DNA from: Octopus sinensis
Taxonomy: Eukaryota
DNA: 64,000 nucleotides
Reading direction: 5' to 3'
Assembly (NCBI RefSeq): GCF_006345805.1
Contig: NC_043011.1
Coordinates: forward strand, 6,634,001-6,698,000
Shown one piece after another: positions 21,971 to 35,712 of the stretch; positions within the stretch are counted from its first letter, which is position 1, and every line of letters starts with the position of its first letter. The translations under genes were made by a program, and so were the position numbers. The notes beneath the pieces were generated by a model. It searched no databases. It was given only the letters and a program-made list of their open reading frames with translations, and was not told the DNA's origin.

Positions 21971-22657
21971 GGGCTTCGAATGTCCCGTCCTGTGGTTCTT
22001 GTGTCGTCTCTTTGGTGTTTCATGTTCTTGTCCATGTCTGTAATTATTTTTACTGTTTACATATATATGTACATACACAGATAGAAACATACAAATATAT
22101 ACTCACACACACACATGTATGTGTGTATGTGCACATATTTGTACGTATATATCTGTGTGTGTACATATATCTATGTATATATCTGTGTGTGCATATATGT
22201 ATATGTATGTGTGTGTGTGTGAATATATATGAATGTATGCATATGTGTGTGCGTGTGTGTAAATGCATCTCGAAAATTTCTATTCATGAGTGTTTAGTTA
22301 TTTGATCAACTGGCCTACCACTTGTCTCACTGAATTATCGAAAAAATGGTTGAGTATTCCAACAGACATATACATCCTCAATATAATCCTTGAGCAGAAT
22401 CAGTATAACACGAGTGTGTAAAAACTGGGCCTTGGAATTATGGGGGAAAAATACAAACAAAAAATGGAGTGGGATTGAACCTAGGATCTCTTTATTAAGA
22501 AAAAAAAACTTCATAACCATTCAGTTGTACTGTATCTACACACACACACTATTCGTCTAGTGTGTGTGTGTGTGCATGTATGCTTATGTTGTATCTGTTT
22601 ATGTCCCTTGACAGTGGCAGTTCAACAAACAGAGATCAATGAAATAAGCCTTGGGAA

Positions 22658-22889
22658 GGCGGCGAGCTGGCAGAAACGTTAGCACGCAGGGCGAAATGCT
22701 TAGCGGTATTTCGTCTGCCGTTACGTTCTGAGTTCAAATTCCGCCGAGGTCGACTTTGCCTTTCATCCTTTTGGGTTTGATAAATTAAGTACCAGTTATG
22801 CACTGGGGTTGATGTAATTGACTTAATCCGTTTGTCTGTCCTCGTTTGTCCTCTTTGTGTTTAGCCCCTTGTGGGTAGTAAAGAAATAG
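22658..22889 (+). mobile_element. SINE family B, near consensus
   Basis: GGCGGCGAGCTGGCAGAAACGTTAGC head, GAGTTCAAATTCC B-box, GAGGTCGACTTTGCCTTTCATCC domain; flanking duplication AAATAAGCCTTGG. Confidence 0.9.
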
Positions 22890-24101
22890 AAATAAGCCTT
22901 GGAGTGGGTGGGTGGGTGTCAGTTTGATCGGCTGTGTCTCAGCAAGGCCACAGTAAAAGTCTGTGTGTGCACACATGCACACACTAACATACACACACAC
23001 ACACACAAATAAAAATATGCACATACCCATACATACAATCATTCCTAAAACCATTAGAAAATTATGAGTGAACAAACACAATTTCAAAAAGTTACTTCAA
23101 ATAACTGAAAGGTTTTTCCAATTTAGATTGTACTAATTAACAACAAATTAATTAATTATTAAAAATAATGCAGATTTACATATGAGCAATGAGCTTTCAC
23201 AATAACTGTTCTGACTTCAAATCTTGCATTTTGACATCGTTTAGGGTGTTGGTAAAGTTAATACCAGTCATACACTAGGTTCAGCTTTTTAAGTCTACCC
23301 ACCTTCACTGGCAAATGCCTGCCCCTGTGGCCCTAAGCTTAAAGCATAGAGGGAACAAACAAGGACAAACAAAGAGATTAAGTCGATTACATCGACCCCA
23401 GTGCATAACTGGGATGAAAAGTAAAGTTGACTTCAGCGGAAATTGAACTCAGAACATAACGGCAGACAAAATACCTATTTCTTTACTACCCAGAAGGGGC
23501 TAAACATAGAGAGGACAAACAAGGACAGACAAACGGATTAAGTCGATTATATTGACTCCAGTGCATAACTGGTACTTAATTTACCGACCCTGAAAAGATG
23601 AAAGGCAAAGTCGACCTCGGCGGAATTTGAACTCAGAACGTAACGGCAGACGAAATGCCACTAAGCATTTCACCTGGTGCTAACGATTCTGACAGCTCGC
23701 CTTATTATTATTATTATTGTTATAAACAGTTCTCTAGAGAGGTCAAAGGTTATATAAACCATCATCATCATCCAATGACTTTTAATGCAGGAATAGATTG
23801 CAGAGTTCCATAGAGTTGAACAAGTCAAAGAATCACATCTTTCTCTGATGTCTTAGCTTTGGCATGGTTTCTCTGGCTGGATGTTCTTCCTGATGCCAGC
23901 CATTTCACAGAGTGTACTGGATTTTTTTTCGATGAGGCACCAGCACCAAATAGTGTGTGTGTGTGTGGGGGGGGTAAGAAATATGCAGCTCAATCATGTG
24001 GCTTCATGTTCAATCCCAATGCATGGACAAGTGTCTTATACTATAGTCCTTGGTCAGCCTATGCTTTGTCAGGTAATTTGGTAGATGGAAACTGAAAGAA
24101 G

Positions 24102-24144
<43 letters not shown>

Positions 24145-25730
24145 AACTCATGAAGTTTGGTGACAGAAAGAGCACCCTGTTATAAAAAAATTCTCAGAAT
24201 TTCATTCTCATCCAATGAATGCCACCATGGAAACCAGACATTATAGAAGAGAGAGAGAGAAAGAGAGAGGGGGAGAGAAAGCGAGAGGGGAATGGGGAGA
24301 GAGAAAGAGAGAGGGGAATGGGGAGAGGGGGAGAGGGAGAGAGAAAGAGAGAAAGAGAGAGGGGAGAGAGAGAGGGAGAGAGAAAGAGAGAGGAGGAGAG
24401 AAAGAGAGAGGGGAATGGGGGAGAGGGAGAGAGAGAGAATGGAATGCTGTGACATTGTTGGCTGTCAGTGAAACAAAGGAATATTTCTCTGAAACTGAAA
24501 CCATGTTGAAGACTGGTCATTGGGATTGAAGTGGACTTTATCAAAGACTATGACCAGAACTGAGCTAGACTTTGTGTTATAAAGTGTGATCCTCGTCCAC
24601 TTGTATGTTATTGTTGGCACTGTAATATTCTTGTTGCCACCCTTATTCCACGTCTTATAATCCTTGACTCTTCTATCCCTGCTATCACTGAAAGCTCCAC
24701 TAGACAATGACTTTGAAACATCTACCTTGATGGCACCTCAAACTCATATAAAGCATGTAACTGACACTGACTCCAGCTGAGAACTCGTACAATGACTCTA
24801 CCACTACTGAGTTCTACAGTGAACGACTATCTGACTTTATAGTGGCTGGGTCATACCACTTTGTCACGTGGGTTGGTAGGGAGTACCATTTTCACTACAA
24901 CACTTTGGTAGAAACTTACCAGGCTTTAGCAGAGACCTAACACTCTTTAGATACACAGAAACATTATCACTAATATTATTTTTTTTTTGTAATATTCAAT
25001 ATTAATACATATCTTGTTTCAGTTATATCAAACAAATCAACTCCAGAGCTTATTTTTTATATTTCAGTTGGGTACTTATTCTATTGGTCTCTTTGGCTGA
25101 ACTGCTAAGTTACAAAAATGCAAAGAAGTCAACACAAGTTGTCAAGTAATGAAGCCACAAACACACAAATAGGCTTCTATACAGTTTCTGCCTAGCAAAT
25201 TCACTTACAAGACACTTGCCTCAAGTACTGGACATTAGGAACTGAACCCAAAACCACATGATTGCAAAGCAAGCTCCCTAACCACACATCCACGATGCAA
25301 CTCCCTATGTCTCTATCTATATTCATATATATTTAAATTTTCATTATTTTCTTCAGTGGATTCTTTTTGATATAAAGCTATTTTCTTCTTGCTTATTTCT
25401 TCATCTCATATTTATGACATTAATGCCATCCTGGGTCAATACAAAAAAAAAAAAACCCCAAAAAACCACTCAATCAGTGTCAAAGAAATGTCAAGAGAAA
25501 ATAGCTTTATATCAAAAAGAATCCACTGAATTTCTAAATTTGGTAATAATAGTTATTTCATGTAGGTGAAAAACTCAGTTAATCGTTAAAACCGATTATG
25601 ATTAATTTTATTCACAACATCCCAGAATACAGATTAGTTTTGGTAGGATATTTTAATCATTAAACATGCTTTCTCTTCCAGAACTGTTGAATTGACTTGG
25701 TTAGAACAGAATAGGATCAATAATATATAT

Positions 25731-26155
25731 TCTTTTACTTGTTTCAGTCATTTGACTGTGGCCATGCTGGAGCACCGCCTTTAGTCGAGTAAATTGACCC
25801 CAGGACTTATTCTTTGTAAGTCTAGTACTTATTCTATCAGTGTCTTTTGCCGAACTGCTAAGTTACAGGATGTAAACACCAGCATCGGTTGTCAAGCGAT
25901 GATGGGGGGGGGGGAACAAACATACACACACGTACACACACACACACACACACATATATATGTATATATATATATATACACACACACACACATGATGGGC
26001 TTCTTTCAGTTTCCATCTACCAAATCCACTCACAAGGCTTTGGTCAGCCCAAGGTTATAGAAGAAGACACTTGCCCAAGGTGCCATGCAGTGGGACCGAA
26101 CCTGGAACCATGTGGTTGGTAAGCAAGGTACTTACCACATAGCCACTCCTGTGCC
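25731..26155 (-). mobile_element. CORE-type SINE family A, full length
   Basis: Reverse complement of family A with internal (CA)n(TA)n. Confidence 0.9.
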
Positions 26156-27519
26156 TCTATATCAACATTATTTTAACATCAGGAGGCTGACTGATGAAGG
26201 TCATAACCTTTACCTTCTGACTGAAGAACAAACAAATAGAATAGTTTAAAAGAAGGTTTGGGGGAGGGGGAAATCCCAACATAATCTGAGATATGACTTC
26301 AGTATTTCTCGCGCCTTCTCAAACCCAGCAGTATTCCACTCATCTCTCTACTTTCTTACCATTCTCTACGCCTGACTGTGTCTTACAGTCAACAGGTAAC
26401 ACTCAACTTATCTCTCTCCAGGGCCACACTCAACTCATCTCTCTGCAAGGCTGCATTCAGTTTCTCTCAAAAGTCACACTCAATTTATTCCCCTTCAGAA
26501 ATGGAGAATTTATCAGAAAAGGCTTTAGAAATTTTAAAGAATTTCTTTGAATTCTCAGATTCTCCAGCTAAAGCAAACCTCCATGAAGATGCCCAGAAGG
26601 AGGATTTAGGTTAAGATACATGAGTTTATTAAGAGTCAAATATATTTCTTTATTACCCACAAGGGGCTAGACGTAGAGGGGACAAACAAGGACAGACAAA
26701 AGTATTAAGTCGATTACATCGATCCCAGTGCGTAACTGGTACTTAATTTATCAACCCTGAAATGATGAGAGGCAAAGTCGACCTTAGTGGAATTTGAACT
26801 CAGAACATAGAGTCTCAAACAACACTGAATCAGCAAAGCTTGAGTTTAAAGAAGGCAAGTAAAAAGAAATCTAGTATTTAATTGGGACACATCTCACGTA
26901 TGGTTAACGAAGGCTACAATAATTAATGTCTTAACTGTTGATTTGTTTATTGGTATATCTTTTTATCACCAGCATTCAATGAACAATGGATCACTCACTG
27001 GTTTGTAGTATTTACAATGGTGAGAATAAGAGAGTGTGGGATAGTGTGCAACATGGGCAGAATAAATACCACAAGGTATTTTTACTTGAAAGAACTGGTA
27101 TCTAAGTGGACGATACTCACACAAGTTATTACTTTGCATCCAATGAAGTTGTTTGTGGAAGACTAGCAGTCACCCATGCATACCAGCCTCTCCTCTTATC
27201 CAAGGGAAAGGCAAAGGGGTCGATACAGTTTGGCACCAGTGATGTTGCAACTCATTTTTACAGCTGAGTGAACTGGAACAACATGAAATAGAGTGTCTTG
27301 CTCAAGAACACAACACAGCCCAGGAATCAAACTCACTACATCACGATCGTAAGCCCAACACTCTAACCCCTGAGCCACCATTGTAGGGATTGATAATATT
27401 TGAATTTTGGTCGAGTCAGTCTCTTGCTCTTCTGAGTTTTGTGTGGGTGCAAAAAGGGGTTATAACTTGGCTGGAAGTCCTTTGTACCCTTGGAGGGGGG
27501 GGGGAGAGACTCAAAGTAG

Positions 27520-27810
27520 CAAGAGACCAACTCCATACGATCAACAGAACAACCTGCTCATGAAATTAACGTGCAAGTGGCTGAGCACTCCACAGACACG
27601 TGTACCCTTAATGCAGTTCTCGGGGAGTTCAGCGTGACACAGAGTGTTACAAGGCTGGCCCCTTTTGAATGACAGGTACAAATCGTCTTTTGGCAGCCGA
27701 GTGGAACAACATGGAAGAAAGTGTCTTGCCCAAGGACGCAGTGTGCCACCAGGAATCAAACTCACAACCTTACGATCATGAGCCAAATACGCAAACCACT
27801 AAGTCACACA
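27520..27810 (-). mobile_element. Chimeric SINE: D-like head and body joined to the family E 3' module
   Basis: GTCCTTGGGCAAGACACTT followed by GGCCAGCCTTGTAACACTCTGTGTCACGCTGAA...AATTTCATGAGCAGG, which matches the 3' part of 46165-46547. Confidence 0.7.
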
Positions 27811-28610
27811 CACATACACATACGAGTAAAGCTGTTGATAGTAAAGAAAACTGCCAATGTTCCTGTGATGCCAGTATGGCAACTGACAGGGACGGAGGTG
27901 CTCCCATCTAGTTTACTGTGAGTCAGGTTACTATTTTTAATTCTTAACCAGAACCATGAAACCCTCACCCACTTCAAGAATTAAAAAAAAAAAAGAAAGA
28001 AAACCCAAAACACACACACACACACCTTCAGGTTGTGTTGAAAGATCTATTTCGAAAGCAATGAGGAGGAGGTTGGCAGACAGCTGCAACACATGTTCTG
28101 ATCTTCGCGTTTAAACTAACCTACATCCCTTTACAGATGGCGGACTTGGATGAAGTTGACTGAGAGAGAGAGAGAGAGAGGGGGAGGGAGGGAGAGATAG
28201 AGGGGGGGAGAAAAGCAGAGCAAGCAAATGGACCCACCATCCTTAAATATAGCAACGGAGGAGGGTGTGTGTACTAGTGTCAGTCCCTCGACTCCCTGCT
28301 CCCTTCCATGCAGCATTCCAGTAATGCAGACTCTGCAGGATTCTCTCCTACATCCAAGTGAAACTGGTACCTTGAATGGGAGGTGGCGGCGGTGGTGGTG
28401 GTGGCAGCGAGCGAGCGTTAAAATGGTAACTGCTGGGAACAGATTAATTCTTTGGTCCAGTGAAGTGAGAAAAGACAGACTGGAATGAACGCAGCAGTTT
28501 GGCTACTGGAATGAGTTCCACTTTAAGCATGGATTACTTGGGTAGAAGCTATTTATATACAGAATGTATAGAGGGGCATGTCGAGCTTTTATATATATAT
28601 ATATACTATT

Positions 28611-29020
28611 TTCTCTCTTTTACTTGTTTCAGTCATTTGACTGCAGCCATGCTGGAGCATCGCCTTTAGTCGAGCAAATCGACCCCGGGACTTATTCTTT
28701 GTAAGCCCAGTACTTATTCTATCGTACTCTTTTGCCGAACCGCTAATTGACGGGGACGTAAACACACCAGCATCGGTTGTCAAGCAATGCTAGGGGACAA
28801 ACACAGACACACAATCATACACACACACACATATATATATATACATACATATATACGACAGGCTTCTTTCAGTTTCCGTCTACCAAATCCATTCACAAGG
28901 CATTGGTCAGCCCGGGGCTATAGCAGAAGACACTTGCCCAAGATGCCACGCAGTGGGACTGAACCCGCAACCATGTGGTTGATTAGCAAGCTACTTACCA
29001 CACAGCCACTCCTGCGCCTA
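28611..29020 (-). mobile_element. CORE-type SINE family A, young full-length copy
   Basis: Near-consensus reverse complement. Confidence 0.9.
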
Positions 29021-29289
29021 TATATATATATATACACACACACACCACACACACACACACCGTATATATATAATCTTTTTTACTCTAGGTACAAAGCCTG
29101 AAATTTTGGGGGAGGGACCAGTCAATTAGATCAATCCCAGTACACCACTGATAATTTATCGACCCCGAAAGGATGAGAGGCAAAGTCAACCTTGGCAGAA
29201 TTTGAACTCAGAACATAAAGACAGATGAAATACTGCTAAGCACTTCACCCAGTGTGCTAACATTTCTGCTAGCTTGCCGCCTTTATATA

Positions 29290-29328
<39 letters not shown>

Positions 29329-29336
29329 GCATATAC

Positions 29337-29570
29337 CTATTTCTTTACTACCCACAAGGGGCTAAACACAGAGGGGACGAACAAGGACAGACAAACGGAT
29401 TAAGTCGATTATATCGACCCCAGTGCGTAACTGGTACTTAATTTATCGACCCTGAAAGGATGAAAGGCAAAGTCGACCTCGGCGGAATTTGAACTCAGAA
29501 TGTAGCGGCAGACGAAATAGCGCTAAGCATTTCGCCCGGCATGCTAACGTTTCTGCCAGCTCGCCGCCTT
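29337..29570 (-). mobile_element. SINE family B, young copy
   Basis: Near consensus; 12-bp flanking duplication AATGCATATACC; another B copy at ~29085-29285. Confidence 0.9.
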
Positions 29571-29934
29571 GCAAATGCATATACCAGTGTTGGCTGTGGT
29601 CTTTGAACCAACTGGATCCTGTCAAAGTGTTCAACCCATGCTAGCATCCAACATTAACCATTTAGCATTTAAACTGGCCATATGTGGCACAAATATTCTA
29701 CCTGTTTTAAACTTGAACTGGTTAGATCTAACCTCTAGCACCTTACAAATTCATTCTAAAAATAAGCAATCACATCATCAAAATATTAAAGCTACAAGAG
29801 GCAGGCTCTGTGTCCATATACGGAACAGCCCCATTCATGAAATGGTCAATCCAAGCCCCATGTGAAGAAATAAACATTGCATTTGACAGAGTAATGTGAA
29901 TGCTAAAGGGTTAATGTTAAGTGATGATGAGGCA

Positions 29935-30325
29935 ATGAGCTGGCAGAACCGTTAGCATGCCAGGCGAAATGCTTAGCGGTATTTCGTCTGTCTTTACGTT
30001 CTGAGTTCAAATTCCGCCGATGTCGACTTTGCCTTTCATCCTTTCGGGGTCGATAAATTAAGTACCAGTTATGCACTGGGGTCGATGTAATTGACTTAAT
30101 ACCTATGTCTCTCCTTGTTTGTCCCCTCTATGTTTAGCCCCTTGTGGGTAATAAAGAAATAGGTATTTCCTCTGCCATTACGTTCTGAGTTCAAATTCCG
30201 CTGAGGTCGACTTTGCCTTTCATCCTTTTGGGGTCGATAAATTAAGTACCAGTTGCATACTGGGGTCGATCAAATCAACTGGGCTCCCTCCCCCAAAATT
30301 TCAGGCCTTGTGCCTACAGTAGAAA
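29935..30325 (+). mobile_element. Two tandem SINE family B copies with different 3' tails
   Basis: First ends CCCCTTGTGGGTAATAAAGAAATAGG; second (5'-truncated) ends CCCCAAAATTTCAGGCCTTGTGCCTACAGTAGAAA. Confidence 0.8.
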
Positions 30326-30713
30326 AGAATGTTAAATGATGAAGATGATTGAGTGTCTGTGTGTACACACTAGGGTTTTAAGTGTATCATCATCATCATC
30401 ATTTTGATGTCCACATTTCTTATCCCGCATGCATCAGATGGGATCCGTTGAAGCAGATTCTCTACAGTTTGGTGCCCTTCTTGTCAGCAACCCCTACTTG
30501 CTACCAAAGTAATAATTACCCATGGCCAGGACATGTCTTAAAAGGAAGACTTGAAAAGAAGGATACCTCTACACTGCTTGTATGACAGTGGCACTTGCTT
30601 ACAACTATCACTTGATGTCAAAATGAGACAAAAGTGCGCACACACACACATACGCGTGGGAGAGAACCTGAAATCATGGAGCTGGGACGCAACCCCTTAA
30701 CCACACAACTGTG

Positions 30714-30756
<43 letters not shown>

Positions 30757-30762
30757 ATATAT

Positions 30763-31130
30763 GGCGTAGGAGTGGCTGTGTGGTAAAGTAGCTTGTTTAC
30801 CAACCACATGGTTCCGGGTTCAGTCCCACTGCGTGGTACCTTGGGCAAGTGTCTTCTACTATAGCCTCGGGCCGACCAAAGCCTTCTAAGTGGATTTGGT
30901 AGACGGAAACTGAAAGAAGCCTGTCGTATATATATATATGCGTGTGTGTGTTTGTGTGTTTGTCACCCTAGCATTGCTTGACAACCAATGCTGGTGTGTT
31001 TATGTCCCCGTTACTTAGCGGTTCGGCAAAAGAGACCGATAGAATAAGTACTGGGCTTACAAAAGAATAAGTTCCGGGGTCGATTTGCTCCAGCATGGCC
31101 GCAGTCAAATGACTGAAACAAGTAAAAGAG
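30763..31130 (+). mobile_element. CORE-type SINE family A
   Basis: Family A head, body and tail. Confidence 0.9.
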
Positions 31131-32271
31131 TATATGTATGTATGCATATATGTACACACACACACACAGACAGACACACAAGTGTAATAATAGCTTGACA
31201 ACTGATGTTGGTGTGTTTACATTCCTGTAACTCAGGTTCGGCAAAAGAGACCAATAGAATAAGTGTTCGACTAAAGGTGGTGCTCCAGCATGGCAGCAGT
31301 CAAATGACTGAAACTAGTAAAAGGATAAAAGAATATATACACCCAGGCATGAACGTGTGCGTGTGTGAGTGTTACAAGTATATAAATACGAGGGTCTCAT
31401 TTCTTCTCACAATTTCACCCTTTTTTTCCTTCTGTACCCAAGTTTTATGTAAACACCCACACAAACTGGAGCCCCGTCTTTGAAATATCCTCCTCATCAG
31501 ACACCCCTGTGGCAAATAGAAATCATCAGTTTTATTATTTTTATTTTCATCATCATCATCATTATTATTATTATTATTATTATTAGTAGTAGTAGTAGTA
31601 GCGGTGGTGGTAATGGTATAATCTTTCTCCACTATTTCTACTTCCCCACCACCACCACCATCAAAAACAGTCCTCTACCCCACCTCCACCACCCTCCACA
31701 CCTAAACAGTCAGTGATAGAGGAAGAGAAGATTTTTAGCCCCTCCACCCTAGCTGAACTAAGTTAGAATCAGGTGAGGTATGCAAATACTTGGGTAGATA
31801 CATGGGTATCATTTCAGAGAGAGAGAGAGAGAGAGAGAAAAGAGAGCACAGGGTCCGAGGTGGTGTGGAGGGGGAAACACACATGTGTTGGGGCAGGCAC
31901 AGTAGGGTGGGTAGCGGTGGTGGGAGTTGGGGGAGGGGCAGGTTCCAAGAGCGAAATAGGGTGGGGTGTATGTGAGATAATGAGGTTAGAGGAATCAGTT
32001 CCCTAAAATAGGGCAAACAGGGAGGGAGGGAGTTGGAATCCCTCTCAACCATCTACCCCTTTCTCTAATGGAAAACAAAGCCTGCTGTATGTAGTATACA
32101 TATTTATACACGCTGTATACACATAAATATATAGGTATATAAGGAAAAGCTGCCAGAAGATGATGAGAAATCTGCCTATCAATTTCTCTATCTACCTACC
32201 AACCTATATCTAATTGCCTGTCTACTATTTTATTGATATATATATACACATGTATATATACACATGCACAT

Positions 32272-32655
32272 CATCATCGTCATTTAACATCCGATTTCCA
32301 TGCTGGCATGGGTTTGACGGTTTGACTGAGGACTGGCGAGCCAGGAGGCTGCACCAGGCTCCAGTCTGATCTGGCAAAGTTTCTACAGCTGGATGCCCTT
32401 CCTAACGTCAACCAGTCCGAGAGTGTAGTGGGTGCTTTTACGTGCCACCGGCATGAGGGCCAGTCAGGCTGTACTGGCAACAAACCACGCTCAAAAGGTG
32501 TTTTTTTTACATGCCAGCTGCATGGGAACCAGTCCGGCGGCACTGGCAACGACCATGCTCAAATGTTGCTGTTCATGTGCCGGTAAGGCAACGCTGGAAA
32601 TGGTCATGCTTGAATGGTGCTTTTTACATGCCACTGGCACGTGAGCCAGTCAGGC
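32272..32655 (-). mobile_element. RTE 3' UTR fragment
   Basis: CATCATCGTCATTTAACATCCG...CATGCTGGCATGGGTT...GGATGCCCTTCCT...GCCACCGGCA units. Confidence 0.85.
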
Positions 32656-34186
32656 ACACATCATAGAACAACTTGATTTTCAAAAATATTCTATCATGAG
32701 CATGTAAATACATTTCATACATACATGCATGTATGTATGTATGTATGTATGTATGTATGTGAATATATGTATGTGTAACCATTGCTATACTCTTATTCTT
32801 TTACGGGTTCCAGTCATTGGCCAGTGGTATGCTGGGGCATTGCATTTAAGGTTTAGTTGATTGTATCAACCTAGTATTTATTTTATTAATGTATAAATCA
32901 CTATTTGACAAACTGCTAAGTCATAGGGCATACAGGGATACAATATAAACATACACACACACAGATGCTCATATAGACATGACAGGCTTCATATAGTTTC
33001 CATCAACCAATTAACTTACAAAGCATTGGTCAGTCTGATGCTATTTGAGAAGACCCCTGGCCAAAGAACCAGCGAGTGAGACAAAACCAGAAACTCAATG
33101 ATTATGAAACAAATTCTGGTTCCACACATCCAGTGATGTCTCCATCTATATCACTTCTCTATCAAATGGTTTTAGCTTCTCTCTAGGATAGTACTTCTCA
33201 ACCATTCTTTGACCTGGGGACTTCCTTTCATTACTACTCTGGTGGAACCTTATAACCATTTGATGCTTATAAGCTAGTTTTATAGATACTTCTTTCAAAA
33301 TTTCGATTTTGCTTTTCACACATTCATTTGTGCAGGTTGAACTATGAAGAATGTCAGAGAAAGAAACCGTTTTCTTTGCAATAAATACACCCTAAGTAAC
33401 ATCTTTTCAAGAACCCTTAAAATGCCATCAATTTACTATTTCGCTTGTGTGATCCTCAAAATCTTACATGGACCTGATTAAGAACTACTGCTCTACAATG
33501 ATCAATTTGTCTCTGACCCTTTTTGCCAAATTGATGTTCCTAAACCATGTCAGGCATCCTACCATGAACAATGCATGCATTTCTTTTATAGTAAACCATC
33601 CGCGTTCCCTCTGACCCAAACTCAGTTGTTTCTGTAGACTTTGTGCTTCACTTGAGTCACAATAAGTAAATCCAATTTACAGAGCCTTTGACATGGGCTA
33701 ACGATTTCTGACACAGGCTCCCTGATGTGTAAACAAATAGTCAATAGTTGTGATTAATACAATCCAACGCCAGCTTACTAATGTGTTAGTAAATCACTTT
33801 TGATTCATACACCCTCTGACGTGGCTACTCAAGAGATGAAGGCACATTTAATATATAATTATCATTAAAACAGGAAAAAAAAAGTAACATTTTATAGATT
33901 TAAACTCATCATTTAGTTTGGACAACAGGTAGATAACTAACTTCTAGTTATGACATTCCAACTATGGCCACCACTTGTGTATGGAAAATAGATAACAATT
34001 AGTTCTCTGAACAACCATAATTTTCAATAAGAAAATCTTGAAAAAAGTGTACATTATACGTAAACAATAATTGTACCATAGCTACATATATTACTGTATA
34101 TGTGTGTGTGTGTGAAAAAAGTGTACATTATACGTAAACAATAATTGTACCATAGCTACATATATTACTGTATATGTGTGTGTGAG

Positions 34187-34226
<40 letters not shown>

Positions 34227-34595
34227 TATCATAAACAAAGAGTTATTAACAAGGGATTGCTAATCAAAGCAAAATACTTGTTAAGCTTCCTATAGCTAGG
34301 AATACATCAGGCCAACAAAAGGTCTTGTGATCGTTTTTGTCCAAATCCATCACTAATCAAGTTTGTAAATCCATGGTCACATTACTCAGCTAATCCGCTT
34401 GATTGGTGATTGACTTAGGATTCCAACTATATATATATATATATATATATATGTAATGTACAAGTTAGAGGTGTCGAAACCTCCAAGGGATAGATAGATG
34501 TATCCAGAGGCACTCCTGGTAATTACCTCAGTATGTATGGTCCTTGTTGTAAGGTATATGGCAGTAGGTAATTTAAAAAGTAAACTGTAGTTTAA

Positions 34596-34913
34596 CCCTT
34601 TCATTACTGTATTTATTTTGAGATGCTCTGTGTTTCTTTCAATTAATTTTAAATATAACAAAGAATTTAGTAAAATAATTTAGTTATCATTAAGCTAGTG
34701 TTAGGAACATAAATTGTGATTAAAGTCTGGTGGAAGATTTTAATTCAAAACTTGTGAAAACAAGACATTTGTACTCAGAGCCAGAGCCGGTTTCAGCCGG
34801 GTTGGTAATAAAAAGGTTAAGCTAGTGTTAGGAACATAAATTGTGATTAAAGTCTGGTGGAAGATTTTAATTCAGAGTCAGAGCCGGTTTCAGCCGGGTT
34901 GGTAACGAAAGGG
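34596..34913. mobile_element. piggyBac-like MITE P2 with duplicated right end
   Basis: First right end AAAAGG-TTAA at 34811-34820, then a repeat of internal sequence and a second end GAAAGGG-TTAA at 34917. Confidence 0.8.
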
Positions 34914-35028
34914 TTAATGTATGTATAAATGATAAGAAAACGGAGAAATACATAACAATGAGAAGTGGATCTTTGGTGCTATAAAACCATTATTTAATTA
35001 GTTTAATTAAGAAAAATGAGAGAGTAAG

Positions 35029-35103
35029 TTTACAGCTGTTTCGGTACATCAGGCTGGGGTAAATATGTATTTACCTCGTTGCAATTGATAGACATCATCA
35101 GAA
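35029..35103 (-). ncRNA. Type I hammerhead-like motif with expanded stem II (same family as 20037)
   Basis: Minus strand: TT-CTGATGA-TGT...(internal hairpin GGTAAATA/TATTTACC)...ACC-GAAAC-AGCT-GTA-AA; stem I only ~2 bp. Confidence 0.5.
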
Positions 35104-35340
35104 TGAAAAAGATGAAGATAAACAAAAAGGAGAATAGAGCGAAAGAAAGTGTGAGGTAGAAACGGGGGGGGGGGAGAAAATGTTCAATGATTCGATGGTC
35201 TTACATTTCAGTTAGGTTCAAAGTTCATTAAATTCATTGTAAGGTAGATAAAGAATAGAAGTTGGTTGAGTCTAAGGTCTGTATAGTAAAATAAGGATTC
35301 ACATACAATAGGGTATTTGAAAAAATATGCACCAGTTATA

Positions 35341-35712
35341 GGCGCAGGAGTGGCTGTGTGGTAAGTAGCTTGCTAACCAACCACATGGTTCCGGGTTTAG
35401 TCCCACTGCGTGGCATTTTGGGCAAGTGTCTTCTGCTATAGCCCTGGGCTGACCAATGCCTTGTGAGTGGATTTGGTAGACGGAAACTGAGAGAAGCCTG
35501 TCGTATATATGTATATGTGTCTGTGTTTGTCCCCCTAGCATTGCTTGACAACCGATGCTGGTGTGTTTACGTCCCCATCACTTAGCGGTTCGGCAAAAGA
35601 GACCGATAGAATAAGTACTGGGCTTACAAAGAATATGTCCTGGGGTCGATTTGCTCGACTAAAGGCGGTGCTCCAGCATGGCTGCAGTCAAATGACTGAA
35701 ACAAGTAAAAGA
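35341..35712 (+). mobile_element. CORE-type SINE family A
   Basis: Family A head, body and tail. Confidence 0.9.

Noticed and set aside
26191-26215. CTGATGA-AGGT-CATA-ACCT hammerhead start
   Set aside because: Stem II forms, but no GAAA or stem III follows.
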